A DNA stretch of 64,000 nucleotides from an uncultured archaeon. Lineage in GTDB: Archaea; Aenigmatarchaeota; Aenigmatarchaeia; GW2011-AR5. Below the pieces are notes generated by a model. It worked only from the letters and a program-made list of their open reading frames with translations. It searched no databases and had not been told where the DNA came from. Shown here one piece after another: positions 15,722-23,740 of the stretch. The translations under genes and the position numbers were made by a program. The stretch is from NCBI GenBank assembly GCA_964599215.1, contig CAZRDV010000002.1, positions 36,119 through 100,118 on the forward strand, given 5' to 3'. Position 1 is the stretch's first letter. Each line of letters starts with the position of its first letter.

Positions 15722-16207
15722 ATGGCTGAAGTCCTAGACAGGGATTCATTGAAAGCGCTCAGTGCAGGCACGCGACAGGATATAATAAAATTACTGGAGA
15801 AAAGGCCTTATACTGCTTCTGAGCTCTCGAAAAAACTCAACAAGCATGTTACAACTGTAAGCGAGCATTTGGTCAGATTGGAAAAATCAGGCCTTATATC
15901 AAAGAAGGACTCCACCAACAAGTGGATCTACTACGAACTCACTGGAAAGGGTGAGAAGCTTTTCAAGCCAGCATACTATTCATGGGTAATTATCCTGTCA
16001 TTATCAGTACTTGCACTTGTTTTTGGTATTAATCAGATGTACCTTGGGGACACTTCAGAATTACTGAAAGCGCCTAGTGCACAGGATTATAATGAACAGT
16101 ATGCAGTAGGAGCAGAGGCAGCGGAGGATACCAACCTAACAGGCATAGTTCTGATAATAATAGCACTGATAGGCTTTGCCTATCTGACAATAAAGATGCT
16201 GAGATAG
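15722..16207 (+). CDS. ArsR-like winged-helix regulator with C-terminal TM segments
   Basis: LKALSAGTRQDIIKLLEKRPYTASELSKKLNKHVTTVSEHLVRLEKSGLI, plus two hydrophobic helices at the C-terminus. Confidence 0.7.
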   Translation: MAEVLDRDSLKALSAGTRQDIIKLLEKRPYTASELSKKLNKHVTTVSEHLVRLEKSGLISKKDSTNKWIYYELTGKGEKLFKPAYYSWVIILSLSVLALVFGINQMYLGDTSELLKAPSAQDYNEQYAVGAEAAEDTNLTGIVLIIIALIGFAYLTIKMLR

Positions 16208-16216
16208 TTGAGATAA

Positions 16217-17014
16217 CTAGAAAACAATGCTTACGTAGCTGACAAAAGATGACTCAGGATGAACATCATAGCTGGTTTTGTAGCTGACCATGCTGCCGTG
16301 CCGTACACCAAGCCTCTTCATTATAAGCATCATCAGTGTTATGGGCACAAACCCGCACACAGTGTATCCATTCTCTATGACAGAGGTGTAGAATTGCTCT
16401 GCATCTAGGCTGCATATCATGTTTGCCAGCTCTTTGTCCCTGTTCTCAACCCATCTCAGCTTGTCTTCTATGGTGCCTCCAACAGGGGCGTATCCATAAG
16501 CTGGACCGAAATGGATAAAGTCAGAAGAGGTAACATAAAAGCAGTCTTTAAATGCCAGTAGCTCTGAGAGCTTTTCTATTTCGCTGAACGGCAGGTTAGC
16601 AAGGCAAACAGGCAGTATGGTGAATTGCCTGTAAAGTGCCTGCAAAAATGGCAGCTGCACTTCTAAAGAGTGCTCATACCTGTGGCCAGACTCGTCTGTC
16701 TTGAGGCTTAGTCTGCTGATTAATTCTGTATCTGGTTTCACTGTTCCCAGCGGAGTTTTCCATTCTTCGCTGCTAAGAGCGACAGCAGGACCATAGCCAG
16801 TATGGTTGGGCCCGAGCAGTATGAATTTTCTCTTGTCCGTCTTTGCTGTTGCAAATGCTGCTCCTGCTACTGATCCGGAAAACTGGTAGCCTGCATGAGG
16901 CACTACAATGCCTGAGGCATTCACGCTCTTATCGGAAACAAGATATTTTCTCAGCTGCTCTTCGAGTTCTTCTTTACGAAACGGATAGAAACCAAGAGCA
17001 ACAGGCGGCCTCAT
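16217..17014 (-). CDS. MEMO1-family protein (AmmeMemoRadiSam system protein B-like)
   Basis: MRPPVALGFYP...GIVVPHAGYQFSGSVAGAAF...ILLGPNH...HSLEVQLPFL. Confidence 0.8.
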   Translation of the reverse strand: MRPPVALGFYPFRKEELEEQLRKYLVSDKSVNASGIVVPHAGYQFSGSVAGAAFATAKTDKRKFILLGPNHTGYGPAVALSSEEWKTPLGTVKPDTELISRLSLKTDESGHRYEHSLEVQLPFLQALYRQFTILPVCLANLPFSEIEKLSELLAFKDCFYVTSSDFIHFGPAYGYAPVGGTIEDKLRWVENRDKELANMICSLDAEQFYTSVIENGYTVCGFVPITLMMLIMKRLGVRHGSMVSYKTSYDVHPESSFVSYVSIVF

Positions 17015-17044
17015 TATAAGAATTGAGTAGAAAAGGTTTTAGTC

Positions 17045-17623
17045 TTATTCGAAACCGAAATCCGTCAGTTCCATCTCAAATTTTTCTTTCCTCTTGTCGC
17101 ATATCAGCTTTGCAAGGGCCCAGTAGACAAGAGCCAGTGACTTCTTGCCTTTGTTGTTGCACGGTATAACTAGGTCGATATAGGATGTTTCGTTGAACGT
17201 GTCTGCAAGCCCTATTATCGGTATCCTCATGCTTACTGCCTCTTTCATCGCCTGCTTGTCAACCATCGGGTCGGTTACAATAATTATATCAGGCTCGAAG
17301 AACCTTTTGTAGGAGGGATTTGTAAGGGACCCTGGCATGAATCTTCCAACAATGCACTTTGCCTTCACTGCCTTGCTGAACTGCTTGATGGCATCCCTGC
17401 CTATATCCTTTTTTGAGACGACAAGTATTTTCTTTTTGCCAGCCAGCATATCAGCTGCATACCTTATCCGCCTGTCCAGCTCTCCTATATTTAGGACCGC
17501 AAGGCCAGACGGCCTTATCTTATAGATGAACCTCTGCATGTCAGCTGTCTTGGTAGTCATACCTATATGCACGCCTGCTGAAAGGTACTTCTCCCTTGGG
17601 ATAACCAGTTTCTCTTTGACCAT
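17045..17623 (-). CDS. rps2: Ribosomal protein S2 (uS2)
   Basis: MVKEKLVIPREKYLSAGVHIG...IYKIRPSGLAVLNI... ATG at 17623. The track start at 17662 is TTG and would run into a hairpin. Confidence 0.9.
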   Translation of the reverse strand: MVKEKLVIPREKYLSAGVHIGMTTKTADMQRFIYKIRPSGLAVLNIGELDRRIRYAADMLAGKKKILVVSKKDIGRDAIKQFSKAVKAKCIVGRFMPGSLTNPSYKRFFEPDIIIVTDPMVDKQAMKEAVSMRIPIIGLADTFNETSYIDLVIPCNNKGKKSLALVYWALAKLICDKRKEKFEMELTDFGFE

Positions 17624-17653
17624 TAAAACACCTTTATTTACTGTCAACTTAAT

Positions 17654-17681
17654 GGGTATCAACGGCTTTGCGTTGATACCC
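17654..17681. other. Perfect 11-bp hairpin in the eno-rps2 spacer
   Basis: GGGTATCAACG-GCTTTG-CGTTGATACCC. It contains the GGTATCAA string also found at the ends of the 21.3/22.7/41.8 kb repeat family. Confidence 0.6.
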
Positions 17682-17688
17682 CACGATA

Positions 17689-17718
17689 TAGGATTAGCAT
17701 CAACAGATGCTAATCCTA
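17689..17718. other. Perfect 13-bp hairpin in the eno-rps2 spacer
   Basis: TAGGATTAGCATC-AACA-GATGCTAATCCTA. The C-AACA-G apex is the same as in the hairpins of the 89-nt element. Confidence 0.6.
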
Positions 17719-17801
17719 GTTAAGTTAACGATATCCTTTATCATTCAACATTAAAAAATTAAATACTTAAAATTATCTTTGATGAGAAAAATATCATAAA
17801 C

Positions 17802-19052
17802 TTAGGTGGTATCGGACCTTGCAAGCTTTGCGTCTTTTCCCAATGCCTCCTCTATCCTCAGGAGCTGGTTGTACTTTGCAATCCTTTCGCTTCTCGAAGG
17901 ACCGACCTTGAACTGGTCCACACCTGTGCCGACAGCAAAATCAGCCAGGAAAGTATCCTCAGTATCACCGCCCCTGTGGGACAGTATCGTTGCCAGATTG
18001 TTCTTTTTTGCCAGCTTGACAAACTTTATGGTCTCAGTAACAGTGCCAATCTGGTTCGGCTTCACCAGAACAGAATTAATAGCCTTGAGCTTTACTGCCT
18101 TTTTCAAGCGCTCTATATTGGTTACAGTGAGGTCATCTCCGATAATTTGAATCTTATTACCCAGTTTTTTGTTCAGCTCTGCCCATCCTTTCCAGTCATC
18201 CTCAGCAAGGCCATCTTCCAGTGAAGAAATCGGGTATTTAGAAGCCATATCAGCATAGTATTCTATAAGGTCTGCTGAAGATAATTCCTTATTCTCTTTT
18301 TTCAGCGTATATTTTCCGTTTTCATAGAATTCAGAAGCAGCTGCATCAATTGCAATAGTCACGCTCGAGCCGTAGCCTGATTCGTTAATTGCGTCTGATA
18401 TGATTTCCAGCGCCTTTTCGTTGGTGCCGAGCTCAGGGGCAAATGCACCCTCATATCCAACAGCTGTCTTCATGTTCTTTGCTTCTAGGGATTTCTTAAT
18501 AATCTGGTAAACCTCAAATCCACATTGAAGGGATTCTGAAAAAGATTTTCTAAAAGGCATTATCATGAATTCCTGCAAATCCGTAGAATTAAAGGCGTGT
18601 TTGCCCCCCTCGATCATAACCATCAAGGGTATCGGCAGGACAAATTCGTTAGTTTCACTTAGTTTTCCTATGTATTCGTACAAAGGGGCCTTAGAATCAA
18701 GGGCACCAGCCTTGCATAGAGCAATACTGACAGATAAAATAGCGTTTGCACCGAGCTTTCCTTTATTATCAGTTCCGTCCAGGTCTATCATCAGGTTGTC
18801 CAGTGTCCCCTGTTCTCTTACACCTTTATCAATAATTTCCTTTGCTATTATTTTATTCACATTGTCAACTGCCTTGGCAACCCCCATGCCGCCGTAGGCA
18901 TTACCACCATCTCTCAGCTCTGTTGCTTCGTGAATGCCTGTGCTTGCTCCTGACGGTACAATTGCCCTGGCGTCATCATTGACCTCACATTCAATTGTAG
19001 GAACGCCCCGGGAATCAAATACCTGTCTGGCATGTATCTTTTTGACCTTCAT
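17802..19052 (-). CDS. eno: Enolase
   Basis: ARQVFDSRGVPTIE...SGASTGIHEA...; C-terminal SHRGGDTEDTFLADFAVG. Confidence 0.95.
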   Translation of the reverse strand: MKVKKIHARQVFDSRGVPTIECEVNDDARAIVPSGASTGIHEATELRDGGNAYGGMGVAKAVDNVNKIIAKEIIDKGVREQGTLDNLMIDLDGTDNKGKLGANAILSVSIALCKAGALDSKAPLYEYIGKLSETNEFVLPIPLMVMIEGGKHAFNSTDLQEFMIMPFRKSFSESLQCGFEVYQIIKKSLEAKNMKTAVGYEGAFAPELGTNEKALEIISDAINESGYGSSVTIAIDAAASEFYENGKYTLKKENKELSSADLIEYYADMASKYPISSLEDGLAEDDWKGWAELNKKLGNKIQIIGDDLTVTNIERLKKAVKLKAINSVLVKPNQIGTVTETIKFVKLAKKNNLATILSHRGGDTEDTFLADFAVGTGVDQFKVGPSRSERIAKYNQLLRIEEALGKDAKLARSDTT

Positions 19053-19094
19053 ACCATTAATTATTGGACAGGGTATATAAATTATTTCAGAACA

Positions 19095-19283
19095 CTAGGT
19101 CTTCTGGGGCATTGTCCTCTTGACGGTTATCGGCAGCACGTCCTGCTCGAATTCCAGCCTTGCTATCGCCTTTGGGTCGTGTTCAGTTGTACTGATGAGG
19201 ATTGGAGCGCCCATTGATATCTGCAATGCCCTTGCTGATATTATCCTTGTTCTCTCGAATCTCGTGGTATTCTCATAGTACAT
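19095..19283 (-). CDS. rpoK: RNA polymerase subunit Rpo6 (RpoK)
   Basis: [21 protein letters not shown] is the hallmark Rpo6/omega-like motif. 62 aa. Confidence 0.9.
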   Translation of the reverse strand: MYYENTTRFERTRIISARALQISMGAPILISTTEHDPKAIARLEFEQDVLPITVKRTMPQKT

Positions 19284-19297
19284 CTTGACACCCAGAA

Positions 19298-20062
19298 TTA
19301 ACCTATATAGCGAATATCCTCCTTTGTCTTTGGGAAATCCCGCAAAACCTTTTTATGGATGGTCTCAGCCCTCTTAATCTTTTCCTCCATCTCGTTTACT
19401 ATTGTCTCTAACTTACTTAAATCAAGCTTGAGCTCCAGTATCTTGGTCAGGACCTGCAAAACCTTGTCAGCTGCTCTCGGGTCTGTTATAAGCGGCAGCC
19501 CGAGCGTCTCCCCCATCAGACATAATCCATTAATGCCTCTTACATCTCCCAGGCCAAGGAGCAAGCCGGATGCACCAACTACAGTGCCGACTGCCTTTTC
19601 CTTGAAATCAATGCCGTAGTTATCATATTTCTTCATAAGTTTCTTGTTATTAACAGCGCCTATTACACGGGGTTCTGATACCTCCCGCGCTTCAGCAAAA
19701 CCGCCAAGCGTTATAATCTCCTTGACACCGAGCTTTTCAGCAAAATCCAGGATGCACTCGCAGACGTCATAATGGCCTTCAGGAGAAATGCTTTGTGTAT
19801 CGCCTGTCAGGACTATTATATCGTTCTTCTTGCCCTTATAATAATAAAACTCGCATTTCAGCAAGTGAGCAACAGCGTCCTCATGTAATATAACCAGCGG
19901 CAGGAAATGCTGGGAATATAACTCTGCAAATCTCTTCATCTTCATCTCGCTGACAAGATAGCCAGCTGCAACCCTGCCTACGTTGCCTATTCCTGGCAGT
20001 CCTTCTATAAGTATAGGGCTCTTGAGCTTCACCTTTTCAGTGACATTTATTCTTGTATCCAT
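19298..20062 (-). CDS. PAC2-family protein (proteasome assembly chaperone-like, COG1938)
   Basis: [22 protein letters not shown]...; about 250 aa. ATG at 20062; the track start at 20068 is TTG. Confidence 0.7.
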   Translation of the reverse strand: MDTRINVTEKVKLKSPILIEGLPGIGNVGRVAAGYLVSEMKMKRFAELYSQHFLPLVILHEDAVAHLLKCEFYYYKGKKNDIIVLTGDTQSISPEGHYDVCECILDFAEKLGVKEIITLGGFAEAREVSEPRVIGAVNNKKLMKKYDNYGIDFKEKAVGTVVGASGLLLGLGDVRGINGLCLMGETLGLPLITDPRAADKVLQVLTKILELKLDLSKLETIVNEMEEKIKRAETIHKKVLRDFPKTKEDIRYIG

Positions 20063-20087
20063 AGACAAGACACCTTCGGTTTCTTTT

Positions 20088-20126
20088 TCTATTATCTTCC
20101 CTTTATTCTCTATTATCTTCCCTTTA
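20088..20126. repeat. Exact 18-nt direct repeat, two copies, 21-nt period
   Basis: TCTATTATCTTCCCTTTA occurs at 20088-20105 and 20109-20126. It lies between the Nop10 stop (the second copy overlaps it) and the PAC2 start. Confidence 0.9.
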
Positions 20127-20273
20127 GTTGGTTTCTGTCGTTTTTGCAGCTCTTCGGTATTTGCCGTATTTGTCAGGCAGCGAAAACTTCGGCGGATGCG
20201 AGGTCTTTGTTTTTGCTGAACAGCACATATCCGAGAGGGAGTAACGCCCGCACTTCCTGCATTTTTTCAGCAT
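20124..20273 (-). CDS. nop10: H/ACA RNP protein Nop10
   Basis: Not in the ORF track (49 aa): MLKKCRKCGRYSLSDMCCSAKTKTSHPPKFSLPDKYGKYRRAAKTTETN. Its ATG shares one nt (20273) with the aIF2-alpha stop codon. Confidence 0.85.
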   Translation of the reverse strand: MLKKCRKCGRYSLSDMCCSAKTKTSHPPKFSLPDKYGKYRRAAKTTETN

Positions 20274-21013
20274 CATTTCAATACCTTGTAGCTAGATTCC
20301 ACGTCTGGTGATTTGATGTTTTCCAGTGCTGATAAAAATTCCCTCTCCCCCTTCTTTGCCTCCTTTGTCTTGTAGGTAACCATGTACTCCGGCGCAGCGA
20401 TGTACTTGACATCCAGGCCGTTTTCAGCTGCCTTTTTCAGCAATGCTTTTATTATATTTACACCATCTCCTTTATAACTCTTTATCAGCAGCTTTGCCTT
20501 GAATATAAACTCCTTCTGTTCTATGTTCTTTTTGGCAATGTCAGACATTACATCTATCCAATCTTTCGGTATCTCTAACTTCTCAGGCTTTTTAATCGCA
20601 AGCTCGAATCCCTTGTGCAATGACCCAAAATTCTCCTGCAGGTAGAAGCCAACCAGCTCATAAGCATCATCAAGGGTTTTTCCGAACTCCTTAGCAGCCA
20701 TCTCCAGCATTTTCTCTGCTCTCTGGTCAAGGTTGTACTCCCTCATTCTTTCGTTTTCCTGTTTTCTATCAACTCTTTTCATGGAAAGGCTGATATGGCC
20801 TCCTTCGACTCTCAGAACTTTTGCAACGCCTGTCTGGCCTGCTTTTATGTGGTTCCTTATGTCCCTGACCCAGCCAGAGCTTATCTCGGAGATGTGTATC
20901 ATCCCCTCTTTCTTGTATTCTTCCAGGACTGCAAATGCAGAATTAGGGTTGACCTTGCTTATTTTACAGATTACCAGCTCGCCTGGAGAGGGAACTCCCC
21001 TTTTTCTTGCCAT
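20273..21013 (-). CDS. Translation initiation factor aIF2 alpha
   Basis: MARKRGVPSPGELVICKISKVNPNSAFAVLEEY...GMIHISEISSGWVRDIRNHI (S1 domain). ATG at 21013; the track start at 21022 is GTG. Confidence 0.9.
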   Translation of the reverse strand: MARKRGVPSPGELVICKISKVNPNSAFAVLEEYKKEGMIHISEISSGWVRDIRNHIKAGQTGVAKVLRVEGGHISLSMKRVDRKQENERMREYNLDQRAEKMLEMAAKEFGKTLDDAYELVGFYLQENFGSLHKGFELAIKKPEKLEIPKDWIDVMSDIAKKNIEQKEFIFKAKLLIKSYKGDGVNIIKALLKKAAENGLDVKYIAAPEYMVTYKTKEAKKGEREFLSALENIKSPDVESSYKVLK

Positions 21014-21026
21014 TTTCACCACAAGC

Positions 21027-21197
21027 TTATTTATTCATTACCTGAAGAACCCTTGTTTTTATATCTGCTTTACCGCCCTTGGGCTCGACAAGTATGCTGC
21101 CGCAGACAAGGCACTTGACCTTCATGGCTGCCTTGTTGAAAACTACCTGCTCGTTCTTGCATTTCTTGCATTTTACCTTCAGAAACTTGCTTTCCAT
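21027..21197 (-). CDS. rps27e: Ribosomal protein S27e (eS27)
   Basis: Not in the ORF track (56 aa): [56 protein letters not shown], with a C4 zinc ribbon. Confidence 0.85.
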   Translation of the reverse strand: MESKFLKVKCKKCKNEQVVFNKAAMKVKCLVCGSILVEPKGGKADIKTRVLQVMNK

Positions 21198-21270
21198 AAC
21201 ATCGCCTTTTATCAGATAAACAGTATTTCTATCCCTTTTAAAATTTTAAATAATTTAGTTACCTAAGCAT

Positions 21271-21359
21271 GATACCGTCTAAATGACGATGGTTGTCTGT
21301 TGACAACCATCTTTCATGGGTTATTGACAACAGTCAATAACCCTTATTTAGACGGTATC
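21271..21359. repeat. 89-nt palindromic triple-stem element, copy A
   Basis: The outer 14-bp stem GATACCGTCTAAAT/ATTTAGACGGTATC encloses two hairpins, GATGGTTGTC-TGTT-GACAACCATC (21288-21311) and GGGTTATTGAC-AACA-GTCAATAACCC (21318-21343). It is 83/89 identical to the reverse complement of 41851-41939. Confidence 0.9.
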
Positions 21360-21422
21360 CAAACATGATACCGTAAAAGCAACTTAAATAATTTTGTTAA
21401 AACTATTTAGTAGGTGAATCCT

Positions 21423-21740
21423 ATGAAGAAGCCTGAAGATGTATTGGAGATCATAGAGATCTCAAGAGATACCGGAAAGATAAGAAAAGGTGTCAATGAG
21501 GCAACAAAGGCAGTTGAGAGAGGAATAGCGAAACTTGTCGTTGTGGCAGAGGATGTTGATCCGCCTGAGATAATAATGCACTTGGATCCCTTGTGCAATG
21601 AAAAGAAGATTCCATTGGTAAAGGTGCCTAGCAAATCAGAGCTTGGCAGGGCTGCAGGCATAGACGTGTCTTCTGCGGCTATTGCAGTTACAGATGCAGG
21701 GGATGCAAAGGCTAAGCTAAAGGAATACATGAAAGAATAG
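21423..21740 (+). CDS. rpl7ae: Ribosomal protein L7Ae (K-turn binding)
   Basis: [42 protein letters not shown] lies 6 nt upstream of the ATG at 21423. Confidence 0.9.
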   Translation: MKKPEDVLEIIEISRDTGKIRKGVNEATKAVERGIAKLVVVAEDVDPPEIIMHLDPLCNEKKIPLVKVPSKSELGRAAGIDVSSAAIAVTDAGDAKAKLKEYMKE

Positions 21741-21752
21741 TTTCGTGATTAG

Positions 21753-21959
21753 ATGCAGGATGCGACACCAGCTGAGGTAATAAGCATTTTAAATAGGGCT
21801 GGGACTAAAGGCGTGCTTGTGGTCAAATGCAGGGTTACTGACGGAAGGGACAAGGGCAAGGTCCTCACCAGAAACGTTATGGGGCCTATCAGGGTTGGCG
21901 ATGTTGTGATGTTAAAAGAGACTGAGATGGAGAGCAGCGGACGCTACGGAAGGCGATGA
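21753..21959 (+). CDS. rps28e: Ribosomal protein S28e (eS28)
   Basis: [39 protein letters not shown]. Confidence 0.9.
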   Translation: MQDATPAEVISILNRAGTKGVLVVKCRVTDGRDKGKVLTRNVMGPIRVGDVVMLKETEMESSGRYGRR

Positions 21960-21974
21960 GTACAGGGTGTGATT

Positions 21975-22139
21975 ATGCCGAAATGTAGTTTTTGTGGAAA
22001 GTCGATAGAGCACGGCACAGGGCTAATGTTTATCGAGAGGAACGGCAAGATATTCTATTTTGATTCCAAGAAGTGCGAAAAGAACATGTTCAAGCTTGGC
22101 AGGGACAGCAGGCATTTCAAGTGGACAAAGAAGAAGTAG
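21975..22139 (+). CDS. rpl24e: Ribosomal protein L24e (eL24)
   Basis: Not in the ORF track (54 aa): MPKCSFCGKSIEHGTGLMFIERNGKIFYFDSKKCEKNMFKLGRDSRHFKWTKKK. Confidence 0.85.
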   Translation: MPKCSFCGKSIEHGTGLMFIERNGKIFYFDSKKCEKNMFKLGRDSRHFKWTKKK

Positions 22140-22170
22140 CTCTTTTTCTTAGAAATTAAAGCACCTTAAA

Positions 22171-22638
22171 CTATTTTTCCAGCTCCTCAAGTGCCTGTAT
22201 TATATCCTCCCTTGCGACTATGCCGACAAGCTTCTTTTTATCGAGAACAGGAAGGCGGTTTACATCGTTCTTGTTCATCAGCCTTGCAGCCTTGTATATG
22301 TCCTCGTCTGCATCCACGGTTACAACTGCCTTTGACATGAATTCCTTTACCCTTAGGCCCAGAACGCTCTTCAGTGCATCCCTGAGCCTGTCGTACTGCT
22401 CTGATTTTATAGCTGCCAAGATAAGCGGAAACAGGCCTGATTCAGCTGACTGTATCTTGGAATGAACGTCTATTAACTTCAGAATATCGGTCTGTGTTAT
22501 AATCCCGACAACTCTTTTGCCGGATACAACAGGGCAGCCAGAAACCCTTTTCTTAGCAAAGAGGTCCAGAACCCTTTCCAGGGTATCCTCTGGTTTTGCT
22601 GTCAGGATATCCCTGGTCATTATGTCTCTTACAAGCAT
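22171..22638 (-). CDS. CBS-domain pair protein
   Basis: Two CBS repeats (VRDIMTRDILTAKPEDTL... and VKEFMSKAVVTVDADEDI...). Confidence 0.8.
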   Translation of the reverse strand: MLVRDIMTRDILTAKPEDTLERVLDLFAKKRVSGCPVVSGKRVVGIITQTDILKLIDVHSKIQSAESGLFPLILAAIKSEQYDRLRDALKSVLGLRVKEFMSKAVVTVDADEDIYKAARLMNKNDVNRLPVLDKKKLVGIVAREDIIQALEELEK

Positions 22639-22683
22639 AGAAAGATATTCTCACCGTGAGATAAAAAGATTTAATGACAAGAT

Positions 22684-22706
22684 GATACCGTTATTTAGAC
22701 GGTATC
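22684..22706. repeat. Mini-copy of the repeat-family arm (hairpin GATACCGT-TATTTAG-ACGGTATC)
   Basis: GATACCGTTATTTAGACGGTATC contains the full right arm TTATTTAGACGGTATC of the 89-nt element plus 8 nt of the left arm, and lacks the internal hairpins. Confidence 0.8.
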
Positions 22707-22784
22707 AACAAAAAATCAAAGGAATTAAAGCTTAAAAACTTAAAGTTAGAATAGTTTTTGATTGTCTTTCGTAGATGTGATTTC

Positions 22785-23246
22785 ATGGCTGTCAAAAAGA
22801 TAGTAAGGCTCCTGGCAACAGATATGAACGGGGAACTGAGTGTTGAGAGGGCCTTGAGAAATGTAAAGGGAATTGGAGTAATGTTTAGCAAGGCAATTAC
22901 TAATGTCAGCGGCATAGATCCTGATAAAAAGATAGGGTCGTTGGATGACGGCGAGCTAAAGAAGCTGGAAGAGTGCATAAAGGCAGCAGAGGTTCCAAAA
23001 TGGATGCTGAACAGGAGAAAAGACAGGGAAACCGGGGAAGATATGCATATTGTTGGTGCTTCTATTGACCTTAAGAAAAGGGAGGACATAAACCTCCTGA
23101 AGAGAATACGAGCCTACAGGGGAATAAGGCACGAGCTCGGCCAGCCAGTACGCGGCCAGAGAACAAGAAGCACTTTCAGAACCCAGAAGACAGTTGGTGT
23201 ATCCAAAAAGGCTGCAAGACAGCAACAGGCAAAAAAGAAGCAGTGA
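22785..23246 (+). CDS. rps13: Ribosomal protein S13 (uS13)
   Basis: MAVKKIVRLLATDMNGELSVERALRNVKGIG...YRGIRHELGQPVRGQRT. ATG at 22785. Confidence 0.9.
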   Translation: MAVKKIVRLLATDMNGELSVERALRNVKGIGVMFSKAITNVSGIDPDKKIGSLDDGELKKLEECIKAAEVPKWMLNRRKDRETGEDMHIVGASIDLKKREDINLLKRIRAYRGIRHELGQPVRGQRTRSTFRTQKTVGVSKKAARQQQAKKKQ

Positions 23247-23251
23247 TATTT

Positions 23252-23740
23252 ATGGGGCATCCTAAGAAACAGAGAAAAAAATTTGAAAAGCCAAAGAGGC
23301 CGTTTGACAAGGAGAGACTAGAAAGAGAAGAAAAAGTCAGGAGGGATTACGGCCTGAGAAGAAAGAAAGAGATACTAAGGGCAGAGAGCATAGTAAGGAA
23401 CTTCCGTAGAAGAGCCAGAAGCCTGCAGGCTGAACCAGACAAAGAGGAGGAGAAAAAGCTTCTGGAAAAACTGAATAAGCTTGGCCTGAGCTGCTCAAAA
23501 CTGGATGATGTACTCAGCCTAAAGCTGGAAGACCTGCTTTCCAGGAGGCTGCAGCATATAGTCTATAAGAAGAACCTTGCCAACAGCATAAAAGAGGCTA
23601 GGCAATACATAGTTCATGGCCATGTCACGGTAAATAAAAGAAAGGTGCTGTGGCCTGGTTACCTTGTTCCAACAGGCCTGGAAGGCGAGATTGAACTCAG
23701 GAACAAGATAAAGGAAAAAATACAGGCAAAGGGTGTTTAG
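23252..23740 (+). CDS. rps4: Ribosomal protein S4 (uS4)
   Basis: MGHPKKQRKKFEKPKRPFD... with a C-terminal S4 domain (ARQYIVHGHVTVN). Confidence 0.9.
   Translation: MGHPKKQRKKFEKPKRPFDKERLEREEKVRRDYGLRRKKEILRAESIVRNFRRRARSLQAEPDKEEEKKLLEKLNKLGLSCSKLDDVLSLKLEDLLSRRLQHIVYKKNLANSIKEARQYIVHGHVTVNKRKVLWPGYLVPTGLEGEIELRNKIKEKIQAKGV

Noticed and set aside
16217-17014. A complete AmmeMemoRadiSam three-gene system, because a MEMO-like protein and radical SAM genes are both present.
   Set aside because: No AMMECR1-like gene is adjacent. The two radical SAM genes lie 13-16 kb away and have different architectures (Cys-knuckle/MJ0619-like and B12-binding), so there is no evidence of a linked system in this window.
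21271-21359. Interpreting the 89-nt element as an autonomous IS, a CRISPR repeat or a replication origin.
   Set aside because: It has no ORF or transposase. There are only two full copies 20 kb apart, with no regular spacer array. No orc1/cdc6 gene or AT-rich unwinding region with ORB-like boxes lies nearby. A MITE/PATE-type non-autonomous element remains possible and is noted in the findings.
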